Of a stretch of DNA of 64,000 bases, positions 49,641-61,853 are shown in pieces. Every line of letters starts with the position of its first letter. The stretch's first letter is position 1. The notes beneath the pieces were generated by a model, which saw only the letters and a list, made by a program, of their open reading frames with translations, searched no databases and was not told the origin of the DNA. This DNA is from Takakia lepidozioides (taxonomy: Eukaryota > Plantae > Bryophyta). The stretch is from contig CM060731.1 of the NCBI GenBank assembly GCA_030704615.1, positions 92,752,001-92,816,000 of the forward strand. Direction: 5' to 3'. The position numbers and the translations under genes are program-made.

Positions 49641-49736
49641 ATTCATCCAAGAAGGCCAGATTTCAAGCACAAGATTACCTGTGATTCCCTGTGGATCAAT
49701 AGCTACAAGAAACCTGCATGGGTAGATGGTCAACTG
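49641..49736 (+). pseudogene. Captured exon: C-half of an OSB-type PDF motif
   Basis: After a CAG acceptor: IHPRRPDFKHKITCDSLWINSYKKPAWVDGQL. Confidence 0.82.
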
Positions 49737-51419
49737 GGAGCAGCGGCACAAGTGATAAAATCAGGCACTGCTAATGAAGGCATCTTCTTCAACACATTTC
49801 ACCCTGTTTTTCCCTCTTATCAGAATCGGCCCTAAATTTACATGTTCAATTCTGCAAGTTAGCTGGTTGAGTGAATCTAGTTTGGAGTGACTTTGACATG
49901 ATACTGCCAATGTGACAATAGGAAAGTGTCAAAAAATAGGTAACAGAGATGAGGAGAAGCTGTGGAATGAATACTTATCTGAGCCCAGTCACTGATGGGT
50001 CAACCGGGGCAGAAAGGTGAATGCCTGCTACATTTCAGAGAGTAGCAGACGCAATCCAGCATAGGAACTAGTGTGCTACGCTGAGTTGGGTGTTTCCTAG
50101 AACAAATGTAGGCTGTCTTTGTCAGCTGCTAGCAGCAAGGCAAGGATGAATGCTTGATTTGTGCAGAGGCATGGATAGCTGAAGGAATAGAGATAGAGTG
50201 TGGGTGACGCAGGGTGCTGGGCAATGGGCAAGATGTCTTTGTATAAACGTGAGTGACCTTCCTATCATCCTGGGTTTCATTTTTAGTGCATGTTTCTTTG
50301 TGAAGTATCTGACGACTTCGCCAATACACACCAACCTTTTTGCTTTGGTTTGTTTAGGACATGGGATAGAAGTTACCATAAACAACACTGGCATTGGTTT
50401 TTCATATATGATATTAGATAATTCTCTTAATTGTTTCCGCCTTGGCAGGTTGCTCAGTGACCTTCCCTGGACGCTTTGGAGTATAGCGAGTGAGTGTCTC
50501 ACAATGCAATATTGGTTGGTGCATCTTATGCAAGAACTTGGAAAACAAACAAATGTCCTTGCTGTAGTAATTCTTAAAGCCATGCAAGCCGTTTTTGATG
50601 GGTTGCAGATTGATGGAATACATGAGTAGTTAGAAGATTCTGGGTGAACACTTTTCAAAGTGTTATAGTTAGACAAAATAATTCACATGAGAACATGCGA
50701 CTATTTAATGTATTTTTAGATCGCAACAAAAATGATAATGATAAATAGATTGGTAAATAGAGATGGTATGCAATCTCTTGGTTTTGCTCAGCTTGTTGCA
50801 GTTATGTCTTGCTGCCTTGTTCTCTTTGTATTATATATTATATTTCATTGTTGTAATAGACATGTACATGACTGCTATCATAGTCATAATAATGACTACA
50901 TCTATTTTCACTCTCCAATAGTACTACACCACGTGGCAGAAATACAAATATGTAAAAAAATAGCAATACACCCCAAAAAAACACCCATCATGACACATGT
51001 CAATCTGCTGATGGACCACGTGTAAAAACTGCAACGCGCCACGTGTTGCAACCGGATTAGCACACCCGTAGTCATAGTTCGCAGTCATGGAGAGCTAAAC
51101 ACTCTGCCACGTGTCATTTCCTGCATCGAGCACGTGCCACTCTTGCACAGCCGCTGACATGGACTACACTGTCCGTTCAGTCATTCAGTAAAGCCAGCGT
51201 GTATGACTACCCCCACAGTTGCTCTGGCGCCACGTGACAGCCAGCCTGGAGAGTCATATCTGCCATGTCACAACTGACTAGGTCTTTACGTCTGCAGAGT
51301 CATGAAGTCGTAAATGGCTTCCATGACTGCATTTGCAGTCATAACATAGAGACGTAAAAGCCGCAATTTGTTGTAGTGCAACAAACTCTGCTACTCCCAC
51401 CTCCTCCCTAAACAACACT

Positions 51420-52960
51420 ACGGTACCTGCCCTTCCCACTCATGTCTCTTCTGCAACTCCCCTTAGGTCAGTACATTCCAACATTGCTGCTCTAAACTGA
51501 CTCCTGAATAGACATGTTACTCAATTTTCTACTCTTGTACCCGAATCGTGTGACATGCTATTACCCAGACATATTCTGGACCCTATCGTATTACCGGTAA
51601 ACTTGATTGGTCCCTCTGAACATCAATACTCTGCAACCTATATGCTCTGGCTCCTCTGCAGGGCTCCACTAACTTTAACACTAGCTATTCCTTCTGCTAT
51701 AGGTCACAGAACCCACTGGAGCTGCTTTACCTACCCAGCTCTCAAAGAAGACTCGAAACACAATTTTATCTATCACTCGACAACCAGCATGTAGCCCAGT
51801 GGTAATGGGCACATACCACGTTGGATGTGGTTGTGGGTTCCAACCACGGTCTGGTGTGTCATGAAGGTGTCCACCTTTCAGCTAGAAGGCAGTAGCCCTT
51901 GTGGTGAAGTGACACCATAAGTTACGCTCCCTTCGGGAGGCGTCATACTTACTTACTTATCTATCACTCACTTCTAGTTTGTCTTTTTCATCCAGCTTGC
52001 ACCACCCCATGCTACCCTGGGTGAGGAAGTCTAGAAGGAGCGCGGGGAGAGTCGAGTGGGAGTGTGCAAGTGAAAGTTTGTTTGTTGTTGTGGGTGTTAA
52101 GTCTGTCAATCACTCCTCCTATTTGTCTATATCAGCATTCTGCTCATACACACAGGTTACTGTCCAGCTTTCAGTCAATTCACTTAAATATGCACCCACC
52201 TCCAAGCTGGCTATGTGTACACAGTCAATTTTCTGGCCTAACTCTATTGATACATATTACTTGCTCTTTGCACTCAGCCTACTCACCCTGCCAGTTAACA
52301 TCACAATACCTACAATTTGGCTATATGGTACCTGCCCAACTTCTCACTCATATTTCTTCTGTAACTCCCCCTAGGTCAGCACACTCAAACATTGCTGCTC
52401 TAAGCTGATTCCAGAATAGACATGCTACTCAAATTACTACTCTATTGCCAGACCCTTGTGACATTCTGTTATATAGACATAAGTTGGATCCTACATTACT
52501 ATCTGTATACTCGATAGGTCCCCTTGAACATCAACACTCTGAAACCTATATGCTCTGGCTCCTCTGCAAGACCTTACTAACTCTAACACTGGCAACTCCT
52601 CCCTGCTACAGGTCACCAAATCCAGTGGAGCTACTTCTTCCACACCCAACTACCTACCCAATGCTCAAAAAAGACTTGGAACACACTGCTATCTATCACT
52701 CACTTATAATTTGTCTTTTCAATCCAGATTGCACCACCCAATGCTACCCTGGGGACTCTAGCTTGTCAATTACTCCTCTTATCTATCTAGTTCAACAATC
52801 TGCTCATACACACCATGTGCTGCCCCACTATCAGACAACCCATCTAAATGTACACCTAGCCCCAGGATTGCTATGTGCACACAATCAATTCCCCGGCATA
52901 ACTTTGTTGCTACATCTTACTTACTCTTTGCACATAGCCTCCTACACTCTATGGACCCAG
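51420..52960. repeat. Diverged tandem duplication (two units, ~51420-52325 and ~52326-52960)
   Basis: Shared GGTACCTGCCC, AACATTGCTGCTCTAA, AACCTATATGCTCTGGCTCCTCTGCA and ATGCTACCCTGGG blocks. Confidence 0.8.
51779..51956 (+). mobile_element. tRNA-derived SINE
   Basis: A box TAGCCCAGTGG; B box GGTTCCAACC; (TACT)n tail; 12-13-bp TSD TATCTATCACTC. The duplicate unit has the empty site at ~52690. Confidence 0.8.
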
Positions 52961-54029
52961 TACCGGTACATGAGGGCAGTTGCGGAATTGGGTGGATCAA
53001 AAGCGACACATGTTGAGTCCATTGGAAGTCCATGGAAAAATATTTTTTTGAGTCTATTGCTTTTAGTTTATTTAAAAAAAAAAAGATAGTAGTATACATA
53101 ACATTTTTAGTAGAGTCCCTCCTCAAATATTGAAAACATTCTTTACTAGATGTTTTAATCTTTAATTTGAAAAAACATTTAGACGTCAAAATCTAGAGTT
53201 TACAACCATTTGTCCATATGCCACCTGGCACCTCTAGATTATAGGTTTGTATGTCTTTTTAGTAAAAGACGACACCTCAAAAACCCAAAACATAAGATGC
53301 TATGGACTAGAGCAAATCAACCTGTTTTTAGGTGCAAAATAGTCCGTAGCTCTCAATTCCTAAGATAACTAGTCAATATAAAAGTGGATTTGGGTTGGTG
53401 TAAAAATGGCACCCCTAGTGTGTTTTCCTTTGTGCCATTGTATGAGTATACATGATTTTTTTTCAGTCCATAAGATTTTATGTGTAACATCTGCACTCCA
53501 CAGTCATACTTCGTAACCACCAACTCTCTCCCCCATCATCGCGGGGGCGGAGCTCTGCCCTCCCCTCATCTCCGTAGCCAAACTCGTTATCCATGACTTA
53601 TTATTTAGGGTTCCGCTATATTTTTAGCCAACATGTGTTATTCAATCTTCTTTTTAGCGATTCCGCTATTCTGCCATGGTCTCTACTCTTAGCCATGGCC
53701 GCCGCCATGGCCCCAGCTTCTCGTCTCTCCCGTTGTTCCGAGGCAATCCTCTCGCTCTCCCCTGCGCTCTGCCCACGAACCTCACAAACGCCAGACGATG
53801 CTTATCCTAAGCTTTCTTTTGATACCTTTAATGTGGTCTTCGTTATCTACATTCTATGTTCAGACACCCGGGACCTTCACCACCATCAACTGGTACTTCG
53901 TGCGTGGCACTGCTACGCAAGGTTCTTGCAAAATGAACTCTCTCCACTAAATTAATGATGTTTCTAGAACCATGCAGGGGGCCAAGCACTTGCTGTGGAA
54001 AGCTCCTGACTACAGTTGTCTGCAAGTAC

Positions 54030-54425
54030 TGGACATCCCATGCAACTGCTCAACTTTCCGAACATGGGGTGCAACCCCCCTCTCCCCACTGGACACCCTG
54101 TGAATAAAAAAACCCGCCCTCACCAAATTGCCACAAATAAGAATTCGCACTTGCAATACTGGAGATTCCAGAAAACTACCTGGAAGGATTGAAACATGGT
54201 AGGCCACCCCCCCCATCTCCACTGGACACCCCGTAATGCATGTTTCAAATAATCTTTTGTTAAAAAATTGCCTCAAATGGTCATGAGCCCTTCTGATACT
54301 GCACACATTCCATAGAAATTCCTGCATGGTTCAAACATTGGGGGCGACCCCCCCTGTCTGCAATGGACACCCCGTATGCATGTGCCAAACAACCTTCCAT
54401 ATAAATTTGCCTGAAATTCTCATAA
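54030..54425. repeat. Three ~140-bp degenerate direct repeats
   Basis: CCCCCC...TGGACACCC.GT...AAATTGCC repeated at ~54075, ~54205 and ~54348. Confidence 0.7.
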
Positions 54426-54476
54426 GCAGATGCAATATAGGAAATGAGAACAACATTGTCCTCATGACATGACATG

Positions 54477-55214
54477 CTACATGAACCTAACCAGGACATG
54501 GCTGACACCAGGCAGGCAACGCTCGGAAACACCATCACTCTCCCAGCCAGTCGATATCCTTGAAGTCCCAATCGTACTTTGGTACAATGGTTGTTTCCAC
54601 TCCCAGCCCTTTCTTCCAGCTCCGTGTCTCCATGTCTCATCACCACAATCGCACGTCATGAATGAGGGGGTTCTCCCTCCACCGAGGAATGACACGAAAG
54701 AACATGCTGGACTTGTTGTGTTCCAGGTGCATGGTGGAGGCGAACGTAACATTAACCATATCCCCCCGCCTTGGCATGTCTTCGGCCTCAACACCTGCAG
54801 GTCGTCCACATGGGGATCACAAGGCATACGCTCCACAATCTTGGTCTCAACCCATTTGTCAGTTGCCCAATGAAATAGCGACACAATTAGAAGCTGGTCG
54901 TTTGGTCTTTCTGGGTCGAGACCCAACATCTCAGGTCCCCACTGCATATCAGGCACACCATAGAATAAAAAACAAACCATCACACAATTGGGGGATTTCG
55001 CCAAATCCTCTCTACTTGAATCAAAGAAACAAACCCACTGAACGCACTGCTCAATGGCATTCGCATAGATTAAGAAATTGCCTGGGAGAGGCGATTTCGA
55101 TTCCACTAGCGCATCCATGCCGATCAGCCTTGACATTGAGATGTTCGACACTGCAGGTACATCCTCGGGTGTCCAGTACTCCATCTGTGGTGCAAGACGC
55201 GGAGCAGACGACAT
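54477..55214 (-). CDS. Hypothetical protein (possibly a pseudogene extending to ~55708); paralog of 55947-56456
   Basis: Shares LAKSxN...FYGVP..xWGPxM.G.DP...N.Q......F......W with the opposite-strand ORF. Confidence 0.55.
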   Translation of the reverse strand: MSSAPRLAPQMEYWTPEDVPAVSNISMSRLIGMDALVESKSPLPGNFLIYANAIEQCVQWVCFFDSSREDLAKSPNCVMVCFLFYGVPDMQWGPEMLGLDPERPNDQLLIVSLFHWATDKWVETKIVERMPCDPHVDDLQVLRPKTCQGGGIWLMLRSPPPCTWNTTSPACSFVSFLGGGRTPSFMTCDCGDETWRHGAGRKGWEWKQPLYQSTIGTSRISTGWESDGVSERCLPGVSHVLVRFM

Positions 55215-55946
55215 TGTTGCGAATGTTTGAGGCGCACCTGCCTGGAAAAGCTACTGAATGTGGGTGGGACTCTGGATGGTACGCTATGTCGACAACACTG
55301 CATATAGAAGCAATGTATCCCCCAAGTAGGAGGGAAAGCTTATTCGCGGGAAACTCTCTGACATCGGCGATGTAATGCAATTTTGAATTAGCAGAGCACA
55401 AATGCGTTGGCACGTTGTAGACAACCCAATTTCTAAATATGCCGTCAAATGCCTTCATACGACAGAACACATGGCCGACCATACCTCTTACATTGCATAG
55501 CAGCGCATAATGAGCGCAAGCTTCATCGATTTTGGTGAACTATTTCGCCGCCTATGCCGCACATGAAATTAATGAATTCATGATTGGATGAATGAAACCA
55601 CAATGGTTCCTTCAAGTAATAGTTGCAGTACATGGCCTGCGAATTGCCTCTCATATTCTCCAGCGCCATAAACCCTGCATAAATCCCCTTCCTCGACATG
55701 CTTGCCAATTGCTATGGTGTGTCAGACATGGAAGGTGTCATGACTCTGCCTCCACCACCACATTCATGTGGCGGACCTCTAACTTACATGGAGGATTGTA
55801 TGATATCGGACAGCTGCTGCGGTCACTGCTCATTGTGTCTGCCCTCCTCTTATTTTCCCCGCCACAAACATGGACTTGGCAAAGACAACTCCGCTCGTTG
55901 CTGATAGATTGTCTAGGATAAGCTTACTCTTCCAAGAGACAGCCCC

Positions 55947-56456
55947 ATGGCAGGAGATATTGTCTTCAATTTAAGTGGAGGGCAAATTGGCATCAAAGGG
56001 TTGTATTGTGCTGAAGTGGATGCACTTGCGAAGTCAGGAAACACGGTTGTTGTGCATTGCAGGTTTTATGGGGTGCCCGGGGAGAATTGGGGACCATGGA
56101 TGAAGGGAGGTGATCCATGTGTTGACAATGAGCAGTTCATAGTTCTAACCGTTTTTCAATACATTGCTCCTGACTGGAAGGTAATGAAGAAGGTGGACCT
56201 TCTGCAATATCACTTATTGCTTCTTTGCCAGCCGCCACGATTTTTGGCAGGTATCCCTCACCCAAGTCCAGGAGATATCGGATGTTGTGATTGCGATGGA
56301 TCCCTTACTGTATCATTCATTTCGCAACTGGACATTCCCACAATGCGACCCATTGCGTTTATTTGTGTGCAGCCAGCCTGCAAAACGAACCCACTTCAAC
56401 ATGATATTAGGATTTTCCATTGGGATCTTCCAGCGGAAGAGTACCCAGCCCATTGA
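55947..56456 (+). CDS. Hypothetical protein; paralog of 54477-55214
   Basis: DALAKSGNTVVVHCRFYGVPGENWGPWMKGGDPCVDNEQFIVLTVFQY. Confidence 0.55.
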   Translation: MAGDIVFNLSGGQIGIKGLYCAEVDALAKSGNTVVVHCRFYGVPGENWGPWMKGGDPCVDNEQFIVLTVFQYIAPDWKVMKKVDLLQYHLLLLCQPPRFLAGIPHPSPGDIGCCDCDGSLTVSFISQLDIPTMRPIAFICVQPACKTNPLQHDIRIFHWDLPAEEYPAH

Positions 56457-57585
56457 CAGTGATAGTATGTATCAATGCAGGTGGCTCCAAAGGCATCAAT
56501 GGACGTTTGGGTTTTAACTCCTAGTATAGCTTCAATGATGTAAGCATTGTTATTGTCGTCGTATTGTGGTGAGGATGGGGGGGACGATGCGGTGGTTATG
56601 GGGGAATGGGATCCTTGCCTATTAGGTGAGGGATTGGATGGCGTATGCAAGTGGCGGATAGGTTCAGGGTGTTGTGTGTTAGTTACTTGAGAGGGGAAAT
56701 CAGATTCTATGTCTGTTTGGGTATTGGTGGCATATGCCGTTTTGAGTGTTTGGTAGATGGAGGCAGTAGGGGTAGAACGGTACTGGGGGAGCAGGTCTTG
56801 AGCCATATGGGAGGTCACATTGTAGAGTGCAGGCGGTCGAGGGATGGCAGAAGAGGGTACGAAGATGATGTAGGTAGCAATTGGTTTTGGTCGTGGCTCG
56901 GGAGAATTTAAGAGTGAATTCGGTAGGTTTTAAAAGTCTATGGCCAGTGGCGGTAGTAAGTTGGTTGAGGGTGGTGATGTGTCGTTCTTTGAAATATGTG
57001 AGGATGAGGACCTTTTGTTTGGGATAAGAAATGTCGAATTGTGGTAGAGAAGGGCTTGTAAGCTATGCGCGTTCTAAGGGTGAGGTGTTAGGATAGTCAA
57101 GCAGCTCAGTTTGTATGCTAATTTTCATTTGGCGCAGGATGAGTAGTGTGCGTGCAGTGGGGGAGTGTAGGCATGCTTATGGGTGCAGGGATGATAATGA
57201 GTATAGGCCATTGTATTTAGATGCAAGGTATTTGAGAAGTCCCTGATAAATGATACCTAGATGCCCAGGATCGTTGAGTGCTTCTTTTAATTGGGTGCCT
57301 GATGTACGAGCATATGAGATGATTAATGGGCTCGAACCAATGCCATAGTGGTCCGTAGGTAGTTGTGTGAGGGCATTGGGGGTGCTAGTTGGTAGACCAC
57401 ATACACGTTTTGTTAGCTGGATAATACTTTTATCAAGTTTTTTGATGTCTGGTAATGAGAAGGGTGCGGCGTGGAACGAGTATTGAATTTGTGTTTGTAG
57501 TACTGATTGAATGATTGATAGTTTTGGTCGAATGACAATTGGGGATTCGAGCAGGGCAATACTTTTGGTAGCGAGTTTGGACGAT
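56430..57585 (-). mobile_element. Non-LTR retrotransposon fragment (post-RT region plus chromodomain-like motif)
   Basis: ATG-less frame missed by the ORF track: IQYSFHAAPFSLPDIKKLDKSIIQLTKRVCGLPTSTPNALTQLPTDHYGIG...ALNDPGHLG; downstream YIIEAILG...YYHCQWAGY. Confidence 0.75.
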
Positions 57586-57774
57586 TACATTCCCGTTCAT
57601 GCCGATCCCGCGTTATACTCATCGTATATTAAGGCTTATGTTTGCAGTTGGCATTCATTCTTTTTTGTACCAGGAGCCTTGCAAGCATTGTTGTTGTGTG
57701 CCAAGATGTATAGGGAGAGGCTCATCAAGCAGGTGGCCGGGGAGATGATGAAGACGACAATCATCACAGTCGTA

Positions 57775-58260
57775 CTAGAAATAAAAAATGTTCGGAAAAA
57801 CAGGAGGTTCGAGCTCAACCAGGAGCATCCCACCGTTGTAACATGCGCTGCATTGCTTGGGATGTCTACGAAGAATTTCATGAAGAACGCCGATCTTTGT
57901 ATAAACCAGTGGAACAAAACCGCTCACCTCAAGACCACGTGGCGTGTACGCAAATGTTGTGTTTAGAATCCTATATATTTCTTCAATGACAGATTCATCC
58001 TGCTGGGCAATATGCATTGACATGTCACACAAACACCACATCTAGCCTTTGAGGGCTGCATGCCAGGTATTGCGTGCTGGTCCAATGGGCTCTCCAGCTT
58101 TGTCAACCGGAACCACTTGAGGGGGGAGTCCATCCTCCTCTCGCGCATCTTGGTTTCGGATTGCCTCCGCCTTGGCTTTCCTATTTGCCTGCCTCAAAGC
58201 ATTAGCTCGCTCCTTCTTGGTCATAGGGATGTCTTCCTTTGCCACCTCAGGTGGTGGGGC
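57775..58260 (-). pseudogene. Possible CACTA TnpA/ORF2-like fragment
   Basis: VPVDKAGEPIGPARNTWHAALKG resembles the GxPIG motif of CACTA second ORFs; weak. Confidence 0.35.
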
Positions 58261-60562
58261 AGCTGGGGGTTGCCATGGGGAATGGGGGGCGGGACGGTAT
58301 GGCCCACCGGTTGATATGGTGGTCGTGTAGATGGTGGGTAAGCACACTAGTACAAAAAACGGGTTTCATGACATTTTTTTTTACTGTTTTCATGACTCTT
58401 TTGGTCATTTTGACTCATTTTTTACTCTTTTGCAAAGAGTCTTGCAGACCGTGTCGTTATGATGACTCTAATATCTGCGTCGTGAATATGACTCTGGGTT
58501 TGATCCCCTAGCGAGCAAGATACATGACACTTGTTCTTGTCACGTCCGTGACTGTTTTCTAGCAACACACTGCTCTCCCCAGATTGCGACGTGTCATTTT
58601 AAGATGAAGACAGGTGTAGGGACGTACGCATGCCACAATGAGCCACGTGTTGACGTTGAGCAATACCACGCGGTGGAATCTAGCAACTTCTCGAGTGTCA
58701 TGGATCTGACTGTGGATGCGTTTGTGCTCAGATACGTGGCGCTCTTTGTATGGTTTTATGTAGGAATGGGAAACTACCTTGGTCATGAGCATGACCATTT
58801 TTCAAATTTTCGGTGGTCGTGAATCTGACTCAAGGCTCCTTGAGTGGCTACGTGGCGCATAATGTATGGTGTGAATTTGAAATTTGAAAGGTATTTGAGT
58901 CATGAGCATGACTGGACACGTGTCACGCTTTGCATGGCTGTTGGTGCCTAGTTGAGTCATGGGCATGACCCATCTCTACTCCACATGTAATATTATAACT
59001 AGATGGAATTTTTAATATTTACTTTATAGTGTTTTTATATTTATATTTATATATTTATATTTATTTTTTATTTTTTCAAAGAACTGGAATAATTTGTATT
59101 GTATGTTTACTGAATTTAATATGTTTATATGTATTCAAATATCCATTTATATTTAATTTATAATATGGATAATATATTATTTTGCACAAATACCCGGTGT
59201 CATGAGCCAGTTGGGTAAGAAAGATTAAACAATTGATGGAAAATATGATAGGACGACAACGTGTTTAAAGTCTGTGCATAGTGCCGAAATATCAACAAAA
59301 TTTTTTTACTGAATGCATACATGTATAAGCAGATCAACAACAAGCCGAATGGGTGGCAAGTCAGTTTCATAGCTCCCGTGAAATATGTTTATGGGCTGAG
59401 GACACCACAAACTATAATCAGTGAAACAAGCACAACCTCAAGACTGGTTCCACGTTTATTACATACCAACACAATCACCAACAGTACATACATCTTCCTC
59501 ATTAGGAATCAACATGAGACCTGGTACCAATCATTTCTGGGGCTCTTGTTATTTGTATATAGATAGGTTCATCAAATATATGGTGCAAAAACTAAGGCAC
59601 GTCAACTTGACCCAAGCATCTTTAGAGATACTGCAGGAACCTTCCATGGCAGTTGCCACAATAATTCCAAACAATGAATGGATCTCAAAATCCTCAAAGT
59701 TATCTTGCATGCATAATGCCCTTTAAGAATACCTTGACAAAACCAGTCTTCTAGACAAACCACGGATCAGAGTAAATGGTCTCACTACCTGAGCTATAAG
59801 AATAGATATGAATGGGACGATTATACATCTCCACCATTACTTGAATTTCCAGGTTGTTCTCATAGACCTTCAAACAGTTCCATACACAACTAACTCAATA
59901 CCAGAATGTGCTCCAAAAGAGAGAGACAGATAAATCAAATCATAAATCCATTGCAAAGAGCCGCGGGCTTTGACTCGCATGCAGATTTTCCAGTACATTC
60001 CACCACAAAGACTAATTGTTCAAGGGTGGAGAAAACCAAGCAGAAGTTATAAATATCTGCAAATAAGGCTTCTAGAAGAACAAGAGACAGAGAGACCTAC
60101 CTTATCCCTGAGGAACAACACCAATTGTCAGTGCTCCACAGTGACCCATCCTGCTCCACAACATAATAAAAACATAAGCATCTAGACCCTCATAGCAGCT
60201 CAAACCAGCCAACACACTTCCTGACTGGACAAGAGTAAAAACAGATCTCACAATCTACTAACTTGGGGTAAGAACCAGGGTGGTACTGGTCTCCACAAGG
60301 TGCCATGCCTCCAACCCTTCAACACTAACCTCTGTCATTGCGCAAATCAATGCCTAGATTTTCAGCCCATGGACATTTTTGCCAGCCAGTCAAAACGTAC
60401 ATTCATCAAAACTCCTGGGGGCAGCACCCATTATGGTCCAGAAAAATACCTACAATCTTACTCTTGAATTTACCGGTTTGCAAAGGATCATTTGAATGAT
60501 CACAGCAAATGGACACGAGTATGATGGTGACTGGATAGAAGAACATCCCCCATCCCACGCAT

Positions 60563-60628
60563 CCCACGCCCCTGCTGTGCATATCCTGCAAGCATCGCAC
60601 TCCACGACACCACATCTCGTTCAGCCAT
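60563..60628 (-). pseudogene. PPR motif fragment
   Basis: MAERDVVSWSAMLAGYAQQGRGM, nearly identical in DNA to ~49080-49146. Confidence 0.8.
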
Positions 60629-61116
60629 TGGTGGGGTTTGCTGCTAGCCCCCAGAAGAAGGTGGCGATTTATGAAAGTAAGTTACCACTGCTTTCACATG
60701 GGAAGACAGTAGACTCAAGCTGCCATTTTCATAACAAGATCAAGCACGCACATATGTAAGTTGAGACAGATAACCATTTAAGGATGGCATTGAAGGTGAA
60801 AAGTTTTGTTTCTTACTGTGTTTTAAGGCTGCAGTCAAACTACTTGGAGCTTTGGATCTATGAATCGAGCTATTTTACTTCAATTGGGCTGAGTAGATAA
60901 TAGACAATTCAGAACGTCATGCTCTCTACCTGTTGCCCCACCTACCCAACGACTTCCAGACTTCATGAAACATATATCTCTGGAGACACACTATTACATA
61001 GAAAGGGAAATTGATCCATTGAGGAACAACACTAATTGTCAATGATCGTCAAAATGCATTTGTAAGTTAGTAAGTTGTTTTGCCCAAGTAGTTCAACAAG
61101 ACGATGAGTGACATAC

Positions 61117-61853
61117 CCAGCGTGCATGTGTATGAGCAGGGTCATGGCCTGCTGCCACCATATACTCTTTGAAGTATTGTGGAACTGAGAACCCCATAAA
61201 TAGTGAAAATCCAACGATAAAAATGTTGCGCCCCAGATTCATGTTGCAGAACTGCAGACTTGATATGCCAATTGCCGTTGTCCCACAATCAGTGCCGTGG
61301 ACCTTCCATCAGAGTGAGAGATATTAAATTTGTGTGTCAGGCAGCCCTGTGGCCATAGATCTGACATCCAGTTTGGAGAGGTGGGGGAGGGCTATGGAGA
61401 ATGGGTGCATTGCCATTTTGAAGGCTGTCTGTATTGTTGCCTTCCAGAAAAATCTAGAATCATATGATGGAATCTTAATTGAAACAGAAGGCTACTCACA
61501 ACTATTTGGCATTATCTTGAGCCTGTCAAACTCCAAAATAGGTGCATCTTATGCTTGTTAACATGGCATCTCTCTAGAGAGAATGCCCACCGCAATGCAT
61601 CAGAATCCGTATTTTTTCTCACCATCATTCCCCACAAAAGCAGCCCATAGATCCCATTCCCATGGCTTAACCAAGGGTTTTCACACAGGGTTTGGTGGAG
61701 ATCTTTTTTCTTATGGAGTTACTTGCAATTAACACCCATAACTTTAAATGACACAAGTATGGCAATGCAATAGACCAAGGTACGCAAACATGATGCAGCA
61801 GACACCAGCCACCATTGGCTGAGGTATTGAAGCGAAAATCCCTCCGAATTTCC
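61117..61853 (-). pseudogene. Two captured exons of a nucleobase-ascorbate transporter (NAT/NCS2) gene
   Basis: 61853-61776 GKFGGIFASIPQPMVAGVCCIMFAYL; 61277-61117 AIGISSLQFCNMNLGRNIFIVGFSLFMGFSVPQYFKEY...GHDPAHTHARW; the second acceptor reads CAA. Confidence 0.85.

Larger units (their letters stand above)
33260..51378. mobile_element. Non-autonomous CACTA element with captured gene fragments
   Basis: Perfect 24-bp TIR CACTACAACAAATTGCGGCTTTTA; 3-bp TSD CAA (33257-33259, 51379-51381); GTCAT/ATGAC subterminal repeats; no transposase; ~5.0 kb once the nested retrotransposon is removed. Confidence 0.95.

Noticed and set aside
50122-50676. Overlapping 184-aa and 143-aa ORFs inside the CACTA
   Set aside because: No recognisable motif on either strand; possibly captured DNA, but no call is supportable.
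60420-60495. Possible further NAT exon (NDPLQT...IVGIFLDH)
   Set aside because: Similarity is too weak and no splice sites were found.
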